Program-made: the position numbers and the translations under genes | Part shown: positions 38,972 through 53,211 of the stretch, in pieces | Numbering within the stretch: the first letter of the stretch is position 1 | Layout: the number at the start of each line of letters is the position of its first letter | Assembly (NCBI GenBank): GCA_010909165.1 | Contig: MU008162.1 | Location: forward strand, 930,001 to 994,000 | DNA: 64,000 nt | From: Anthoceros angustus | Taxonomy: Eukaryota > Plantae > Anthocerotophyta | Reading direction: 5' to 3' | The notes under the pieces: model-generated | Told to the model about the DNA's origin: nothing | What the model saw: the letters and a program-made list of their open reading frames with translations, nothing else | The model's database searches: none

Positions 38972-39371
38972 TCAACTGGCCAAATCAAATAAAAATCTAA
39001 AGACGAAGATTAAGTATGTCACTACATAGCTCAACTCTTTCCTTTTTTTCTTTCTTTCATGTTGTTCTTTGTATAATTATGTCAATAGCCTAGCTCACAC
39101 ATTGGAGTTCTACATTCTTCCTTCAAATTGCACCATAACCTTGTACAATTCAAATTTTTATCTTCACACACTTATGATATTGCACATCTATAATATACAT
39201 AAGTTATGTAAAGTATCGATTATTCTTGTAAGCTATTCTACCAACCTATGTATCTATAGTATCCGCTTATATATCTATCCTTATATACTACTTTTGTATC
39301 ATGCGTATATTATTAATCTGATTAGTGTTGTGTACCAAAAAAATCCACAAACGCACATATTGCCTGCCCAG

Positions 39372-39683
39372 CCGTTCCGTTACGTCACTCGTATTCCGTC
39401 CCGTTATATCTCTCACATGCTGTTTTGTTATATTTCTCACATAACGTTTTGTTATATCTCTCGCATGCCATTTTGTTTTATCTCTCGCATTACGTTCCGT
39501 CTCGTTCCATTGTACCTAGCTTTGTTATGTCTCTCGCGTCCTTCCATTTCGTTCCATTCTGCCCCGCTGAGCAGCTTCACATCGCCCCTTGTCGGTGAAA
39601 GTATCCCATTCACATTGCCTCTCACGATAAGCTTCACACTGGCCCCGGTTGTCGGTGAAAGTATCCCGGTTGTCGGTGAAAGT
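39372..39683 (+). repeat. ~24-bp gttatatctctcacat repeats plus gtcggtgaaagta repeats
   Basis: Seen directly. Confidence 0.7.
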
Positions 39684-39689
39684 AACCTT

Positions 39690-39923
39690 CATTTATAAGA
39701 ACGTGATTATTAAGCATCTTGTGCTTGGATCGATACTTAGATGGGGTGCCTAGGGGAAATAAGCATCTTTGCGCCTGGATCGATACTTAGATGGGGTGCC
39801 TAAGGGAAATGGATGCCCTTGGTGAAAGTAGCTTAGGCATACCATGGTACAAGTTGTTAAGTACCAAGTCCCATGACGGAAGTCTTCAGTGGACTTAAAT
39901 AAAATTCTTCTTCTTCTTCTTCT
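39690..39923 (+). mobile_element. 5'-truncated copy of the SINE at 53212-53604
   Basis: Shares tacttagatggggtgcc...gtaccaagtcccatgacgga...ggacttaaataaaa(ttc)n; internal ~50-bp duplication. Confidence 0.8.
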
Positions 39924-39929
39924 ACTGTG

Positions 39930-41500
39930 ATACACTTCCATGGCGTGAACCAAGTGACGCTGCTTCCAGCCTTTCAATGCCCAGACTGATAGATCGAAGA
40001 GCTTGGCGATGTTCGGCCCTGCAACACTCGTGTTCAACTTGCGCAGCTTGTCCGCCGTCCGCAATCACTGTCTGAAGGTGTGTGTGCTTACGGATCTGTA
40101 GGTGTCACTTCGAATCCACGTGAAATCCCGTAGGCTGCTGCGCTTCCTCTATGCTGTGCGAGAATTCCAAATTCTTTGAGCTTGCTGACATCGATGCAAT
40201 TCTCCAATCCGTCAGAGCTCTCTGTTCTTTCAACCTCTTGCAGCCAACAGCCAGCTAGTGGGATGCCGATGATAACCCTAGCTTTCAAAAGGATCCAGAC
40301 AGGGACTAGGAGAGCGGGGTTGGCCACCTGGTTGAGTTTCTTTTGCGAAACCAGAAGATGAATCATGAACGCAAAAACTGATACAAACGCTATAGTAACA
40401 AAAACGAGCCGCTATGCAGGCAAACTAGCCAGCGGCGCTACAACTCCAAGCATCACGTGGTTGAGTGCTTCTCGGACTCAACAAGAGATTTTCAGTTGCC
40501 CATGGAGAGAGGCAGGGTCTCGTTTCTGGTTGTGGCACCGGCCGCAGTGAAGCTGACTCCGTGGGTGAAGTTGGATCCGACTGCGCTGGCTTTGACGATG
40601 TCGAAATAGGGTTTTAGCAATGGGCACCCAAATGCCACGGCTGCGAGCTCGCACATTTACGACACGACACACACAATGAGACAAGGCAGCATTCAAAGTC
40701 TCTTCGATCAGAAGTTGAGCTTCTTCTATGCTGTCCGCCGTCCATCGCTGAATCTGCCTGTAGGGTAACCAGGACCAAACGTATCACTACAAAAAAAATG
40801 ATTGTTGCTGGTAAGCAAAGGCTTCCAGGAAGTAAACCGCTCCCCTGTAGTGAGGGAGGCATTTCACGTTATGTGAGGTTGGGGATTTTCTGCCACCTGA
40901 CTGGCCGATCGTGGCAGGCTCTTAGGTCGGTGGATGTTGACAACAGACTGGGTCCCATGGCAACCGCCAAGGAGAAGTCAGGCCAGAATTCTCCTGCTGA
41001 TGAGCTTCACACCGGCCCCGGCTGCAGGTGAATGTAAGCTGCTTCTGGCTGCTACAGTCTACTTCCATGGGGTAAACCAAGTACTGCTGCTTCCAATGCC
41101 CAGCTGATAGATCGAAGGGCTCAGTGACGTTCAGCCTGACAGTACTGGTGGTCAACCTGAGTAGCATTGCATGACCGCCGTCCACAATCACAGTCTGAAG
41201 GTGAGTGTGAGACGAATGTCTGCACTAGTACTCCGCCTTTCGCACACACTAACGGATCTGTGGGTGTCATTTCGGATCCACGGTACGACATCCCGTAATC
41301 TGCTGAGCTTCTTCCCTGTGTTGTGCGAGATTCCATTTACTTTGAGCGTGCTGACAACGATGCAGTCCCCAGTCCATCAGAACCCCCTATGTTTCAACCT
41401 CTTCCAGCCCACAGCCAGCTGGTGGGATGCCCAGACTACTCCATCTTCAAAAAGGACCCAGACAGGGACCAGGAGAGCGGGGCTGCTGGCCACTGGTTGA
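39930..41500 (-). pseudogene. Degenerate GDSL-family fragments (two related blocks 39930-40335 and 41060-41500)
   Basis: GYPTGRFSDGR at ~40740-40775 (homologous to 33965-34000); VIIGIPLAGC; the two blocks resemble each other. Confidence 0.55.
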
Positions 41501-44500
41501 GTCCGAGAAGGACTCAACCAGCCACCCTCTGCTGAGAGAGAGAACTCCTCTACCAAAGGCTTGAAAGTTTGTCCTGCCAGTGCCAACCCTGAGGCTTGTC
41601 TGCCATGTTTCCTGTCCTCCCCGTCGGATTCAGCTTAGGCCCCTGTTTACCTATCACTCAGCCATGGAGAGCTTAACGTTAGTCTTCGAATGCTGCAGTC
41701 CCTCAAGTCCAGTCCTCGTAAGTAAACCAAGGGTCAGTGCTAACAGCTTTCGCTCTCGGTGCTCCATGTTGTGCGATCACGAAATGTGCGAGGGTCCCTC
41801 TTCACGTGAAGAGCAGTGGTGGCCCCATCCCATAGCCGTGGAAACTTTGGCCCACCAACTTCTGGCTCTCTACTTGCTCACCCTTCCCAAACAATTTGTT
41901 GCACTGTTCCCGATGCTGTGCCAGCAACGTCAACTGCAAATGTTTGTCTTGTTTCTCCTCACCTGGCTTCACAGAGCAACGTCATGTGGCGGTGGTGGGC
42001 TGGAAGCCTCGTGGACGTGGGTGCCCTGCCTTCCGCAGCACTCCATCGCTGAGGTGTCCGAATTGAGGTAGACAGCACAGGTCCCCAATACTTCCACTTT
42101 CACCCCCTGTAGATACGTCTACATACCTCCCCTTCCTCCTCCGACATCTCCAACTGCTGCAGTACTCTCCGCCGGGGCAGCATTCGGACAGCCCACGAAC
42201 CATGCTGTCCCTGCTTGCAACTCCCATCCTTGCGGCAAACCAAACCAACAAACAATCCCTAGTCCCGAACTGGGCGCACTAAACCTAAATCTGCTGCAAA
42301 TCACTCCCACCAAGCATAGTAGTGCTCTACTCCACAGCAACACTGAAACCACATCCGGTGGGGCCATACACGTAGATAGATACCCAACACCATCTCAAAA
42401 TCCAGGACCACAAAAGCAGAGCAGATCCACTGCCACTCCGCTGCCTGTCTGGCTCATAAATGTGAAAAGCTCCAGACTCCCAGATTATCTCACATTATTT
42501 TACATGGTGAGGAAAAGTGTTAAGAATTCTTCAAGAGACTCAAGGCATCAGTGCTGGAGCAGAGCATTCAGCGGCGTGTGACCAACATAAGCCGCCCTGT
42601 GAGGCCCCGAATCTTTGCCCTTGTCTCCATTCCAGAGGCAACTCAGCTGCTCATAGTAAACAAGTATTTGTTTGTGGCTCCAGATGGTATCCATGTGACC
42701 CCTCCAATACTCGAAGTTAGTGCCCCCCTACTCACATAGATATCCTCCCACCCTGGACACATACAAACTGCCCAGAAGCCATATCCTCCACTCACCAAAT
42801 TTTATTATATTCATGTTTGTACATGCATGTTGACCTACCCACCGACCATATGTATCAAATTTCCTGACTTACAGCTTTCCCATCCTTTCCCTTCCTTTCC
42901 ATTCCATTCCTTTCCTGGTAGCCTATACCTGTACACTCTGGGCTCCTCGGACGAACGTCGGCAGGCAAAAAGACCGCTTCCTTGCAAGATGGCCTCCTTC
43001 TTCAATTAAATTGGCAAAATCAATTTCTTCATTTCGTTCGATCCCAGCTTCAACAAGACTCTTTGGAATCTCGAGTAGGCCATGACCTGCAACACAATTC
43101 TTGTGGTGAACCTATCAAATTCCACCCAATTTGCATTGAAACTCCTTTGACGACAGAACTTGGACACACACCAAATCTGGAATTGAGAAACCCGCAATTA
43201 CTATTGGGATGCTGAGATACTGGGTTGCCCCAGTATCCATCATTTACTCGACTAAAAAATCTCAAAAAAGGACTCTTGCCGACCTAGACGGGACAGATTC
43301 TACTGTGCACGTGAATCGTTCGGACACGTCTCGATTGTCTCCGGCGAAGGATTTCGACCTGACGGCGAAACGCAGCAGGAAGCACGTGACGAGGCGAGGC
43401 GAGGCCAACCAGAGCACGGGTTCGAACCAGGGTGGCTGGAACAGTGAACAGGACTCGAAGGCTCAGGCCTAGGAAGGCGGCTGCCAATGGCAGCTCGCCA
43501 CTCCCGTGTCGGCGAATCCCAGTCACCGGGCGAAACTTACTTCGCTTATCCCGGGACGGGGCTGGGTTTGCGCTGATGTCTCCGACGCGGCAGCTTCATT
43601 AGCTCGACAGAGTGAAGTGAACGGTGGGGAGACTGAGACCGGTTTCGCCGGGGGTTTCGCCATGTGGAGCGACTGGCGAGCGCGGGGCGTAGGGGAAAGC
43701 AAGCGAGTCTCTGACACGCGACACCCAGGCCTGGCTTCAGTCGCTCTTCACGATCCGCACTGGATCTGCTGCAATTCTGCTGGCATGCGCTTGCGGAGCG
43801 GCCCCGGGCTCGGCGTCGGCGTGGAGGATGCGGAGCGTGGCGAAGGTGAACGCTGTTGCTCTACTCTGCTCTGCTGTAGAGGCTGTGGCTTGTTGCGGAG
43901 CGGAATTGAGCTTTCTCGTGTGCATTCGTCGGCGTGTTGGAGTCGGGATTGTTGGATCTGTTTTGTGCGATTGGAGGTTCCGGCGTGAGGCTTTGCTGCA
44001 ATTCGGATGCTGATCGGAGGTTTTGTCGCTTATCTGAGCAATTGTGCTTCGGCTTCGAGAAAATGCTTGTCTTCATCTGCGGGCTTTTTGTGTGATGCAA
44101 TGTGGAGTGCTTTGCTTTTGAAAGAATGGCACTCAGCTTGGCTGTTTGTGTTTCGTTGGCCACTCTGTCGTAGTGTTCGCCCGTCGCTTTCAGCTGAAGT
44201 GTTTGGTGCCACGCTTGATCATTTCTATCAGTGATTGCGCCTGTCGTGCTGCGTTCAGACCTACCTCCTGTCAGCTGATAGTTTGTGTGACTGCTGGTGT
44301 AAAGCTTGTGCGGGTCTGCGTCTTGGTAAGTACTACTGTCCTTGGTTCGGACTCAGAAGCGCAAGTTGTTTCGAGTTCTGTGGCCTGGATTGCAAGCTGC
44401 GTCCTGGTGTTTTTCGCTCTGAATTGTTGAGGCTCTCTGTCCTGGTGCGACTCCAAGTTGAAGTTTTCTTTCTCGTGTGCTCGTCCATGAGAGTGTCATC

Positions 44501-45081
44501 ATACTTTTTCCCGATTTGGTTCTGGTTTGGGCTCTGTTCGGAGCGACTGATCTGCTATTTGTGAGTTTGCAAGATGTTTTGCTTGCATCTGGCGCTGAAC
44601 TTTGCACCTCGGAACTTCTCAGATGCTTAGGTGATCTGATCTGCTTGAGGTGGATGGAGAATTTCGTGCCGGGCCAAAGCTGGAAGTCGAACATTGTGAC
44701 CTAGGGTATTCGGCTTCCCATCTTTGAGTGAAATGCTTTGAATCTGTACAGAATGGAAGTCCTTTGTGACCACGTCCTGTCTGTGCGTATTGGTAGTATG
44801 AGTTCTCTTCAAATTTTCGCTAACTGTTGACTCTCCCATTTATTCGTTTCCAGAATTCTCGGTGGGAGGACTTGACTTGTGACTGAAACTCTCGAGTACC
44901 TTGATGGTGTACACAGTTTCTTGAGAGTAAGAGGAACCGCTAAATATGCCATGTAGAGAGAGCTTGGCTCTATTTTGTTAAATTTCAGGTGACCCTTTGC
45001 ACTGTTTTGAAAAGTTTTGGTCAAAGTGTCGTTCTTCTGGTGCAGTCTGTGACTCGGGATACTTTTGGCTGAACAGGGATT

Positions 45082-47550
45082 ATGGGTTGTGGATTCTCCT
45101 TAGGAGATCGGGAGGCTGACAGCAGGTCACAATGGCAACCGCGGGATGTTTTCATATTCGTTCCAGGCTTACGACTACCTACAGCTGTAAATTTTAACCA
45201 AGCATTACAAGGACGCCTTTCAAGCAGTTTACTGGACAGACTATCAAATTTGAGAACACGCATTGCTATATCTGGGTTAGCGGCGGATGAGTTTTCCACC
45301 CGTCATGAGAAACAGCGCAGGAGGAAGACCTCAAAACAAGGTACACAGTTGGGCAATGAAGGTTTTGCCAGACATTGTCTTTCTATGATGTACAAAGGGC
45401 AGTACCATGGTCTGGATCTGGCAAGCTTTCGGTTGTGCTGATTTCTACTCTGTTCTGCAGGTGTCATAAATTTCAGCGACCTGCAATTGGCCTTAGAGGA
45501 GTACCTACCTGTTCTTTTGGGTTTAACTAGGGAAGGTAATAGTGTGAGAGCATTGTATAACAGCGCTACCACATCTAGCTTCGATCTATTTTCATAAAAA
45601 CGTCGAGAGCTGGACGGAAGCATGTAGCAGTACAGTACAAGTTTTGCATCGGCCATGACTTGACCGTGCTGACAATCGTCCTTAACGTGAAGGCGGGCAA
45701 CTCATTAACTCAGTGGAGTTTGGATGGACAAATCAGGAGTGCCAGCAGAAGGTGATTTCTGAACCATGGTTGGTATTCAGCATACTACTTTTTGACAACG
45801 TCTTTGGTGGAATGCTGATCGCGGGTCTGCTTAAATCTGACAGGAGACCGTACTTCCAAGCGCTCTTTACGAGTTGATGTCGGTGTTGCACATGTTGGCT
45901 ATGGTCACCCTTTCTCAAGCAAATGCTGATCTTACTCCCAAGCCTCCTGCAGAAGGCTACCTGCCAAAGGTTGCTGAAGGCATGTACTCAAAGCTTTTGT
46001 GTTGTCTGCAAAGCATCCTTTGCTAGGTTCTGGAATGCTGATGGTGTCTATACTGTTGGGACTACGCTTCTGTTCCTATGTCTTGAAGATCAGATTTGGC
46101 TCCCTGCAGGGGACAAGAAGGCAGCCATTGAGTCGCTACTAAAGGCAGCGCAGGTGTTGGAATGTGCTATAAATATCATAGGGCGTCTTCCTGATGATGT
46201 CAGGTGAGAAAGCGTGGTCAACTAGTGACTAGTTGTGCTCTGGGACGCCTTGCTGTGAGCTCATTGGAACGTTTGCCACTCACCAAGCAGGCGTAAGCTA
46301 CCTACAGATCTAAAAGATGGCATTTTGCAAGCCCTTCAACAGCAGGCTTTAGGACAGGTCGGTGTTTCCCATCATCTAGATTTTGACTGTCTAAGTAGGG
46401 TGTGATTATGATTTTTTTTTCATGTCCATATGTTGAGGTGTGGCTGTCCAGCTTGTGGATTTTGATCTTTGTAGCTGTTGCTAATCTCAGGGTGTGGAGA
46501 TTCAGCTCGGTCTGGCTATAGACAACGTCAAGGCCTCTTTAGCCGTGAAGAGGAGACTTGCTTGTGAGCAGGTTAAATATTGGGAGCAGGTGAGTGGTGA
46601 ATATTGTGTGCGAGGAGCTTCTGAAGCTGCTGAAGCACCCCCGTCCCGTGTTGACAAGCTTCCGAATCTCAAAGTGCTGCAATGGCTTTCAGGCTGAGAA
46701 GAGCATTGGGAAAGAGTCTACAGAACGTCGGTGGGGAGAAAAGCACGTTCTGTTCGTGAGGTGGAAGCTGGCAGAGGCAAAGGTCGGGCCACTGCACGTA
46801 CACACATAGGTGGTTTGACAAACTGCTTTTTAGTGAAACCTACTTTCAGTAGTTTCTGATAAGCTGTGCTGGCAGGCTGCTGCGTACTATTATCATGGAC
46901 TGATCTTGGATGAAGGGCAAGAGGAAAACACGCATGCGAAAGCGACTGCGTGCTTGCAGGCAGCTCAGATGTTCTTGAAGGAGAGTCAGAAAGCTTGCAT
47001 GGATTTCAGCGCGACCGACCCACAAACAAGGTGCCCGCTGTCGGTGGTATCGTCAGCCGCTTTATAGGAGCTGAGTGGATGCGCCCTAACGTGTTTGAGG
47101 TTGGCTGCATCATCCTCTCTCCATTTCCAGAATCGTGCTGCCTTGGGGTCCGATGAAATATCTTACGGAGAATATACCCAAAGACGCATTAAGCAAAATG
47201 CGGGTCAACAGAGATGTCTATCGACATGAAAAGTAAGCTTGACAATTCAACCGTTAAACCTTGACGCAGGATTGAATCTCTATATGCACTGAACAGCGGC
47301 GTTTTGTTAGTGCAGGGCTCCAGATAGTTTGCCAACGGTGCCCAACTTCCCTCTTGCTTTGAAGGCCGAGCCATTTGCACTGCCAGCAGTCGATGCGGCT
47401 TGGTCCCTGGAGAGTGGACACCATATTAAGCCTTCAATCACAATTGAGGATACTGGTGTTGATCATGGCACGCCCCCCCCGGAGACAAGGAGGGCAGAAA
47501 GTGAACGTCAGGAGCTTGTCGACGCGCAAGAGAGGGAAAGACTACTGTGA
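45082..47550 (+). CDS. Endosomal BRO1-like domain protein (At1g73390-type), multi-exon
   Basis: MGC start; FVPGLRLP, LEEYLPVLLGL, WTNQE, YELMSVLH, LLKAAQVLECA, QALGQGVEIQLGLAID, AVKRRLACE, AAAYYYHGLILDEG, PNFPLALKAEPFALP; GT-AG introns. Confidence 0.9.
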
Positions 47551-49929
47551 CCTTGAATTAACTGGAAAATCTATGGAGTAGAACCACCATCTTCGAATTT
47601 TGGGTGGATTGCACGTTGTACACTATACCCACATAGACCATTCAGAGCTGAATACCACATGTATGACAACAGCAAGCGCTATTAGTCATTCAGAGACTTT
47701 GTGTGACATCCGCAGCGACCATGCCACTGGCCGCACCACTCTGCCGTTCGCCGCTGCGTCCAAGCCACCGTCTGCACGACGTTGGGGCCCCCCAGCACGG
47801 CTGACCCTCTCCAGGCATGTTAGTACTTCACCTAATTCCCGCAGCTGGTGAAGTCTGACAACTCTCTGAACTCTGACATATCTCACCATGATGAGATGCG
47901 TATCTCCTGTGCATGCTTCCCTCTGAACCTTCGCATGCAGTCACGCAAAGAAAACGAACTAAACAATCCTTTTTTCTTACTCTCCGCTTCAAGACGATTT
48001 GGAGTTGTCTTCAGTCTCTGTGGAAGCCGAGGTCGCGTCGGGTCCACCTGCACACGCGGACGTTGTGTCGAGTGGCGTTGGCTGCGGGGAGGAAGTCTCC
48101 AACCCCTGCAGGACCTTGTGCAGTTCTTCCAGTTCAGCCTTCATCTTGGAAATCTTAGTTTCCAGGCTTGCAACCTTGGCCGCCAACACCCAACGACTTC
48201 CCGCCCTTTACTCAATTACACAGCTCTACACTCCTATCATTCACTATGCTCCACTCGACTCACTCATCTCAACATGGTGGAAATAGAATTGAGCGCCTAT
48301 GATTGGGTCTTGCAGGTGCTCCCCGATTTCCCGTGTGGTATTGGACGTGTGGTGAGCATGACACAAACAAATATTATATTATATTTAAATAATATTTTAT
48401 AATTAAAATTAAAATATTTAGAGCAATTATATGATTCAAATCATGGTATCAAAGGTGCACATTTGCTGTCAATTTGCTCGCACAACTCCATAAATCTAAA
48501 GCCCTAATCTAAGAGGCATATTCTACATAAGCATTTGACTAGATAGAGTATGCACATGCTAGCAAAGATGCTTAGGATCGCATTCTAATTGTGCTGATAT
48601 TTTTTTTCAAATAATATTTTTTTTCTTTTATTTTTTACCTCAATTTCATAGATCTATGTCCTTGCTTGAAACTTTGTCTCCATTAGGATGCTCCTTTATG
48701 CAAAGGGAATTTTCGGTGCTTAAGGTTGTCCTCCACATGTTGAATGAGCATTGAAACCTGAGCCTACAGCACTACGACTTGAGCGGTGAGGCGCAATTGT
48801 GTTTTACCCATAATGCAATGTAGTATCACGGCGGCAAGCATTGCTACAGAGATGGCATGCTTTCATTGGTGAGATATGTTAGAGTTTAGAGTTCTCAAGC
48901 TTCACCAGCCTCGGGATGTAGGTGAAATATTAACATGCCTGCCAATGCCTCATAGACACCACGCATTATCCCCGTTCATGTTACCGGCAATGAGTGTAAA
49001 ACCAAAAACAAGTGTCTCCCCGATATCTAGACGCGACGTACACGTTGGCCTAGCGGTCTAATGTAAAACCGCCCTTAGAGAGGATTCCCTGAACCCGAAC
49101 TTGCTGACGGGGCAAATAGGACAAAGTTTTGGTTTCTTAATTGTGTAAGTTGTGTTTGTCCGGGTCGAATTTTAGTATGGGTCCCGATTTAGATACTTGT
49201 AGAATCAGGGGGGTGATTGATAGTTGAAGCCACCTGAAATGTATGGAAATCCCGGAACATTTTCATAGCGGCCCATTAGTAGATGGGAAGAGACTTGGAG
49301 GCTTGGACAACTTGAAGGCTACAATCGTGGAGTGCCTCAAGGGCCTTTCACAACGTAAACGACAAAGACGGAAGGCGCCTTCACCGTCTTCATCAATGCA
49401 CTTAAAACTGGCTAAATAAGGAATGGCTGCGGTCTCGGAGCCCCTAAGCGCCTTCCGAACGGGAAGGTGCAATGCTCCGCCGCTGTCCATCATTTATGAT
49501 GAGCCCAAAAACACGGGACGAGACGCCGGGGTTTTCAGTTCGGTCCCGGTCTCGCTTAGGGAAAACTCGGTAAGTCTAATACGTAATCACTTTGCCTATA
49601 ATGGAGTTGCCACCTATAAAAGGGGACACTCTCTCCATATGCTCATACTCTCATGTTCTGTGTCTTTTGGGTGGTGTAAGTTGTTTTGTAAGGTTTTCGG
49701 TGGAATGCTCCTCTGTCTATGTAGTTTTAGATAGGTATTTAATTAATTTATGATTTTGATTATAATTTTGGTAGTTTAATCATTATGGATAGATTATTTT
49801 ATTATTTTTTGTCAACTATGATGCTATCCACTCCTCCACTTAGGCAATCTCTTCCCCCTTATGATTCCTCTGTAATGTACTGTAATGTACTCTGTGTTTG
49901 CTGTCATTTTCTTATCCATGATGAAGGCA

Positions 49930-50912
49930 GCCATTGAAGAGGAGGTCATATGGTGCTTCATCGACTTGCTCGAGGTTTGTCACCTCACATTATTGCCGAC
50001 ATGTATGGAGTTGGTGTAGCTACTATGGTGCAGTACATTTTATATGTCACAGAAGTGCTAATCGATCCAGAGAAGTTGTTCTCGCAATTTGTCGAATGGC
50101 CGTCTGGTCACAAGCAACGGGTCATTTCTACGAAGTTCCAAGATCTTACAGGATTGTCTAACATGGTGGGATGCATTGATGGGTCACATATCAAGTTAGC
50201 GGCACAACCAGACAAGAACGATAACTCGGTTGCCTACTGGTATAGACATGATATACATTCCATTATCTTGCAAGGTGTTTGTGATGCAGATAAACGTTTT
50301 TGGATGTTTGCTGCACCCATCAACGGGGAGTTTCATCATGCAACCATTTTGAAGGAAAGAAGTCTTTGGAAGAGAATGATGGAAGGCCATATTTTGAGTG
50401 AGCCTACAATGCAAGTACAAGGCCATGCTATTACTCCATACATTGTTGGAGATAGTGTATATCCTCTTATGCCTTTTTTGTTGAAGCCATATGTTGTAAC
50501 AAGTGGGCAAGATGAGAAAGCAAGATTCAATAGAAGCATGCGCAGGGGTCAAGTGAAGCTAGAGAATATGTTTGCCTTGTAGAAGAACAAATGGAGAATT
50601 TTGAAGAACTTGATTATCAAGTTGAAATATGCATCCTAGGTGGTCATGGCTTGTTGTGCTTTGCACAATTATTGCATTGTGGTAAATGAGCCCCAACCTA
50701 TGGACATAGATGTAAACATGTACCCATTACACGATGGGGGGCATATCAATATGTGGCATGGAGTGTTTAGCAGAATATTGTACAACGAGGCAAAGGCTAG
50801 ACGAGAAGCATTATTTGAAGCTTGGAAGAAGAGTTCACAAATGGTCGCGAAGTATGAGGAGTTCACAAAATCGGAGAATAGAAACTTTAGATTGCCTATT
50901 ACATTTACATGA
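49930..50912 (+). pseudogene. Harbinger DDE transposase (HARBI1-like) with in-frame stops
   Basis: GCIDGSHIKL, SIILQGVCDA, YIVGDSVYPL, LENMFAL*KNKW, ACCALHNYC; TAG stops at ~50580 and ~50637; conserved HD appears as HH. Confidence 0.88.
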
Positions 50913-51274
50913 ATATGATAGCATAAGTATATTTTTATTACCTTAAATTATGAATGAAATTATTATTTTTTACGTATCATAATTATCGAGATTTTACTCA
51001 TTATCATACGGACTCTATGAGCACCGACATCTGGTGAACTGCGAGTCCGGTGCTCTGCGAGTTCGGTGCTCACAAGCACATGACTCCATACGGTGGCAAG
51101 TCTGGTGCTTGTGTTGTCCGGTAGCAGTGATGTTTTCAAGCACGGACGCAACTCCGACCTACAGATCGGACTCTCCATATTGAAATAATAATCTAAGCAT
51201 GCAATTGCCCAAAATCATGCAAGCAAAGATCAGCATGCCAAGTCCGGTTTGGGAAAACACTAAAAACATATTCC

Positions 51275-52288
51275 TTATGAAGGCTCTATGTGCCTACAGC
51301 CAGCTTTTGCCTTCTTAGGAGACCGTCCAACAAGAGCTTCTACAATCTTCAAATTGTTTTCCATTTGGAGTTGCTCTCTATGCATTTCGTGCTCTAACAT
51401 GGCCTTATGCATCTCCAACTGCGGAGTCATCTTGGCAGCCTCTATAGCTTGAAGACATTGAGCAAAAGAGGCAAGTCCAGACAAAAGGTCTTTGCCAAGA
51501 CAAGTGGAAGGTCGTCTTCACTTCACTCGTTTACCTCGAACAACATCATTGGATTGTCTACGTTTTTTTGTACTCGGGGATTCTTCATAACTCTCATCTT
51601 GAGAAGCCCTGCCAAATTACAGTGCATAGCAAGCATCACGGTCTTGGACACGGAAGCAGGTGCATGACAGAGTCATCAAAGAAGGCATACCTTATAGCTG
51701 CCATGTTGGGTGACGGTGGAGTGAGCTTCTTAGTTTGGTAGGGAGGAGAAGGTGTCAAACTGGGAAATTCATCATCGCAATTGTTGTCCTTCTGATCTCT
51801 CATAGTCCCACTTGAACTACCCAAATCTGGCTTCTGAGTGCTGCCAAATCTGCCAGGGTCCATTGCATTAGGAATACCTGAAAGGGGTTACCTTCGCACA
51901 AAGAGGCCATGGCTTGGTAATGAGGCCAAGACGAGTTGACCTGGCCGGTGCTTGAGCGGGTCTCCTTCTCTTTTCGGTGCCTGCGCTTGAGGTTCTCAAG
52001 CTTTTGCTTGCACTGCTTAGCCGAAAGGCCTTGGAAGTGACAAGTACCGCCCACTTCCTTTGCAATCTCGCTCAAGTGTTTGGTAGACAGATTTTCTGCC
52101 TTGAGATGCACCAAATACATCTTGTGGTAGGCATCTATCAAGGTGAATGCTGCTTCGTCCGTCCAATTGACATAATTTGTTCTTCTTGCTTTAGTTGCTT
52201 GGTGTTTCGTAGGAGAGCCTGGAACGACATCGTCTTGCTCTTGATGCTCTTCAAGATTTGAGAAGATGGAGAAGGCCTCCTTCATCAT
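51275..52288 (-). CDS. Harbinger ORF1 Myb/SANT (trihelix-like) DNA-binding protein, probably degraded
   Basis: NWTDEAAFTLIDAY...QCKQKLENLKRRHRKEK...SSWPHYQAM plus C-terminal coiled coil. Confidence 0.8.
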
Positions 52289-52842
52289 GCTCACTAAGTA
52301 TAAACAAACAACAAGAGTCAAAGGCACTTGAGCACAAAGCTAGGCCAGACACGACTCGTAGTCTAGCAAGCTGGGCGCGGCCAAAGGAACAGGGTTGGGA
52401 GTTTAGTATGGTGGCTACACATTCCAATCCCGGCGCTTGCTCACCTCCGTATCCCTTATCATTAGGGTATAAAATTATGTTATCAGGGCACGGTTCACTC
52501 AATCCAAAACCGATCTTACGAATCATGGGTGAACATCATGGGACCAGGCTCTGCTACTTATTATGTCAATGGGCCCCGCGATATCGGTTTGCGAGATGAA
52601 GGTGATTTGAAGGCGCAGTCTACACAAGGAAAGAAGAAGGAAAGGATTTTCCTATCTTGATGAAGGCGATTTGAAGACGCAGTCTACACAAGGAAAGATG
52701 AAGGAAAGAAATGATAAATATAAGATTTTCCTATTTTTCCGCATGGTGAAGGCGCCTTTCTTTTTGTGTCTACGTTGTGAAAGGCCTATCAGAAATGCCG
52801 ATTCCGAATCCCTCCCGGATTTGGCGCTCCCGATTCTAGACC

Positions 52843-52936
52843 TTTAAAACGAAGGGTGCCCTAATTTCTAGTCTTTAATACGAAGGGTGCCCTAATTTCT
52901 AGTCTTTAATACGAAGGGTGCCCTAATTTCTAGTCT
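52843..52936. repeat. 31-bp unit x3
   Basis: tttaatacgaagggtgccctaatttctagtc. Confidence 0.9.
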
Positions 52937-53211
52937 TGGTTTTGATATTGAGAATTTGCTTCTTGCTGCAATTGAGTGTCCCGGTCGATTGCACGTGTCG
53001 CTTGAAAAGTATTCTTACAGAGAACGCACATGCATTATGAATTTTCGTCCCTTAGATAATTGGCTTAAGGTTTCAAAGGTAAGGAGTAGTGGGCAGGAAA
53101 CAAGTTTGTGCGTTATTGAGGATCTTCCATCGCTGCAATGACAACATAGGAACAAGAAAATAATTGCCTTTAAGATGTCTTTAGGTGAACGAGTTGTTTT
53201 ATTTTTTGATT

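Larger units (their letters stand above)
49340..52788. mobile_element. PIF/Harbinger DNA transposon with both TIRs and both ORFs, decayed
   Basis: ~45-bp imperfect TIRs (ggcctttcacaacgta...aaggcgccttcacc); TCA at 49337-49339 and 52789-52791 as TSD; convergent transposase and Myb-like genes. Confidence 0.9.
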
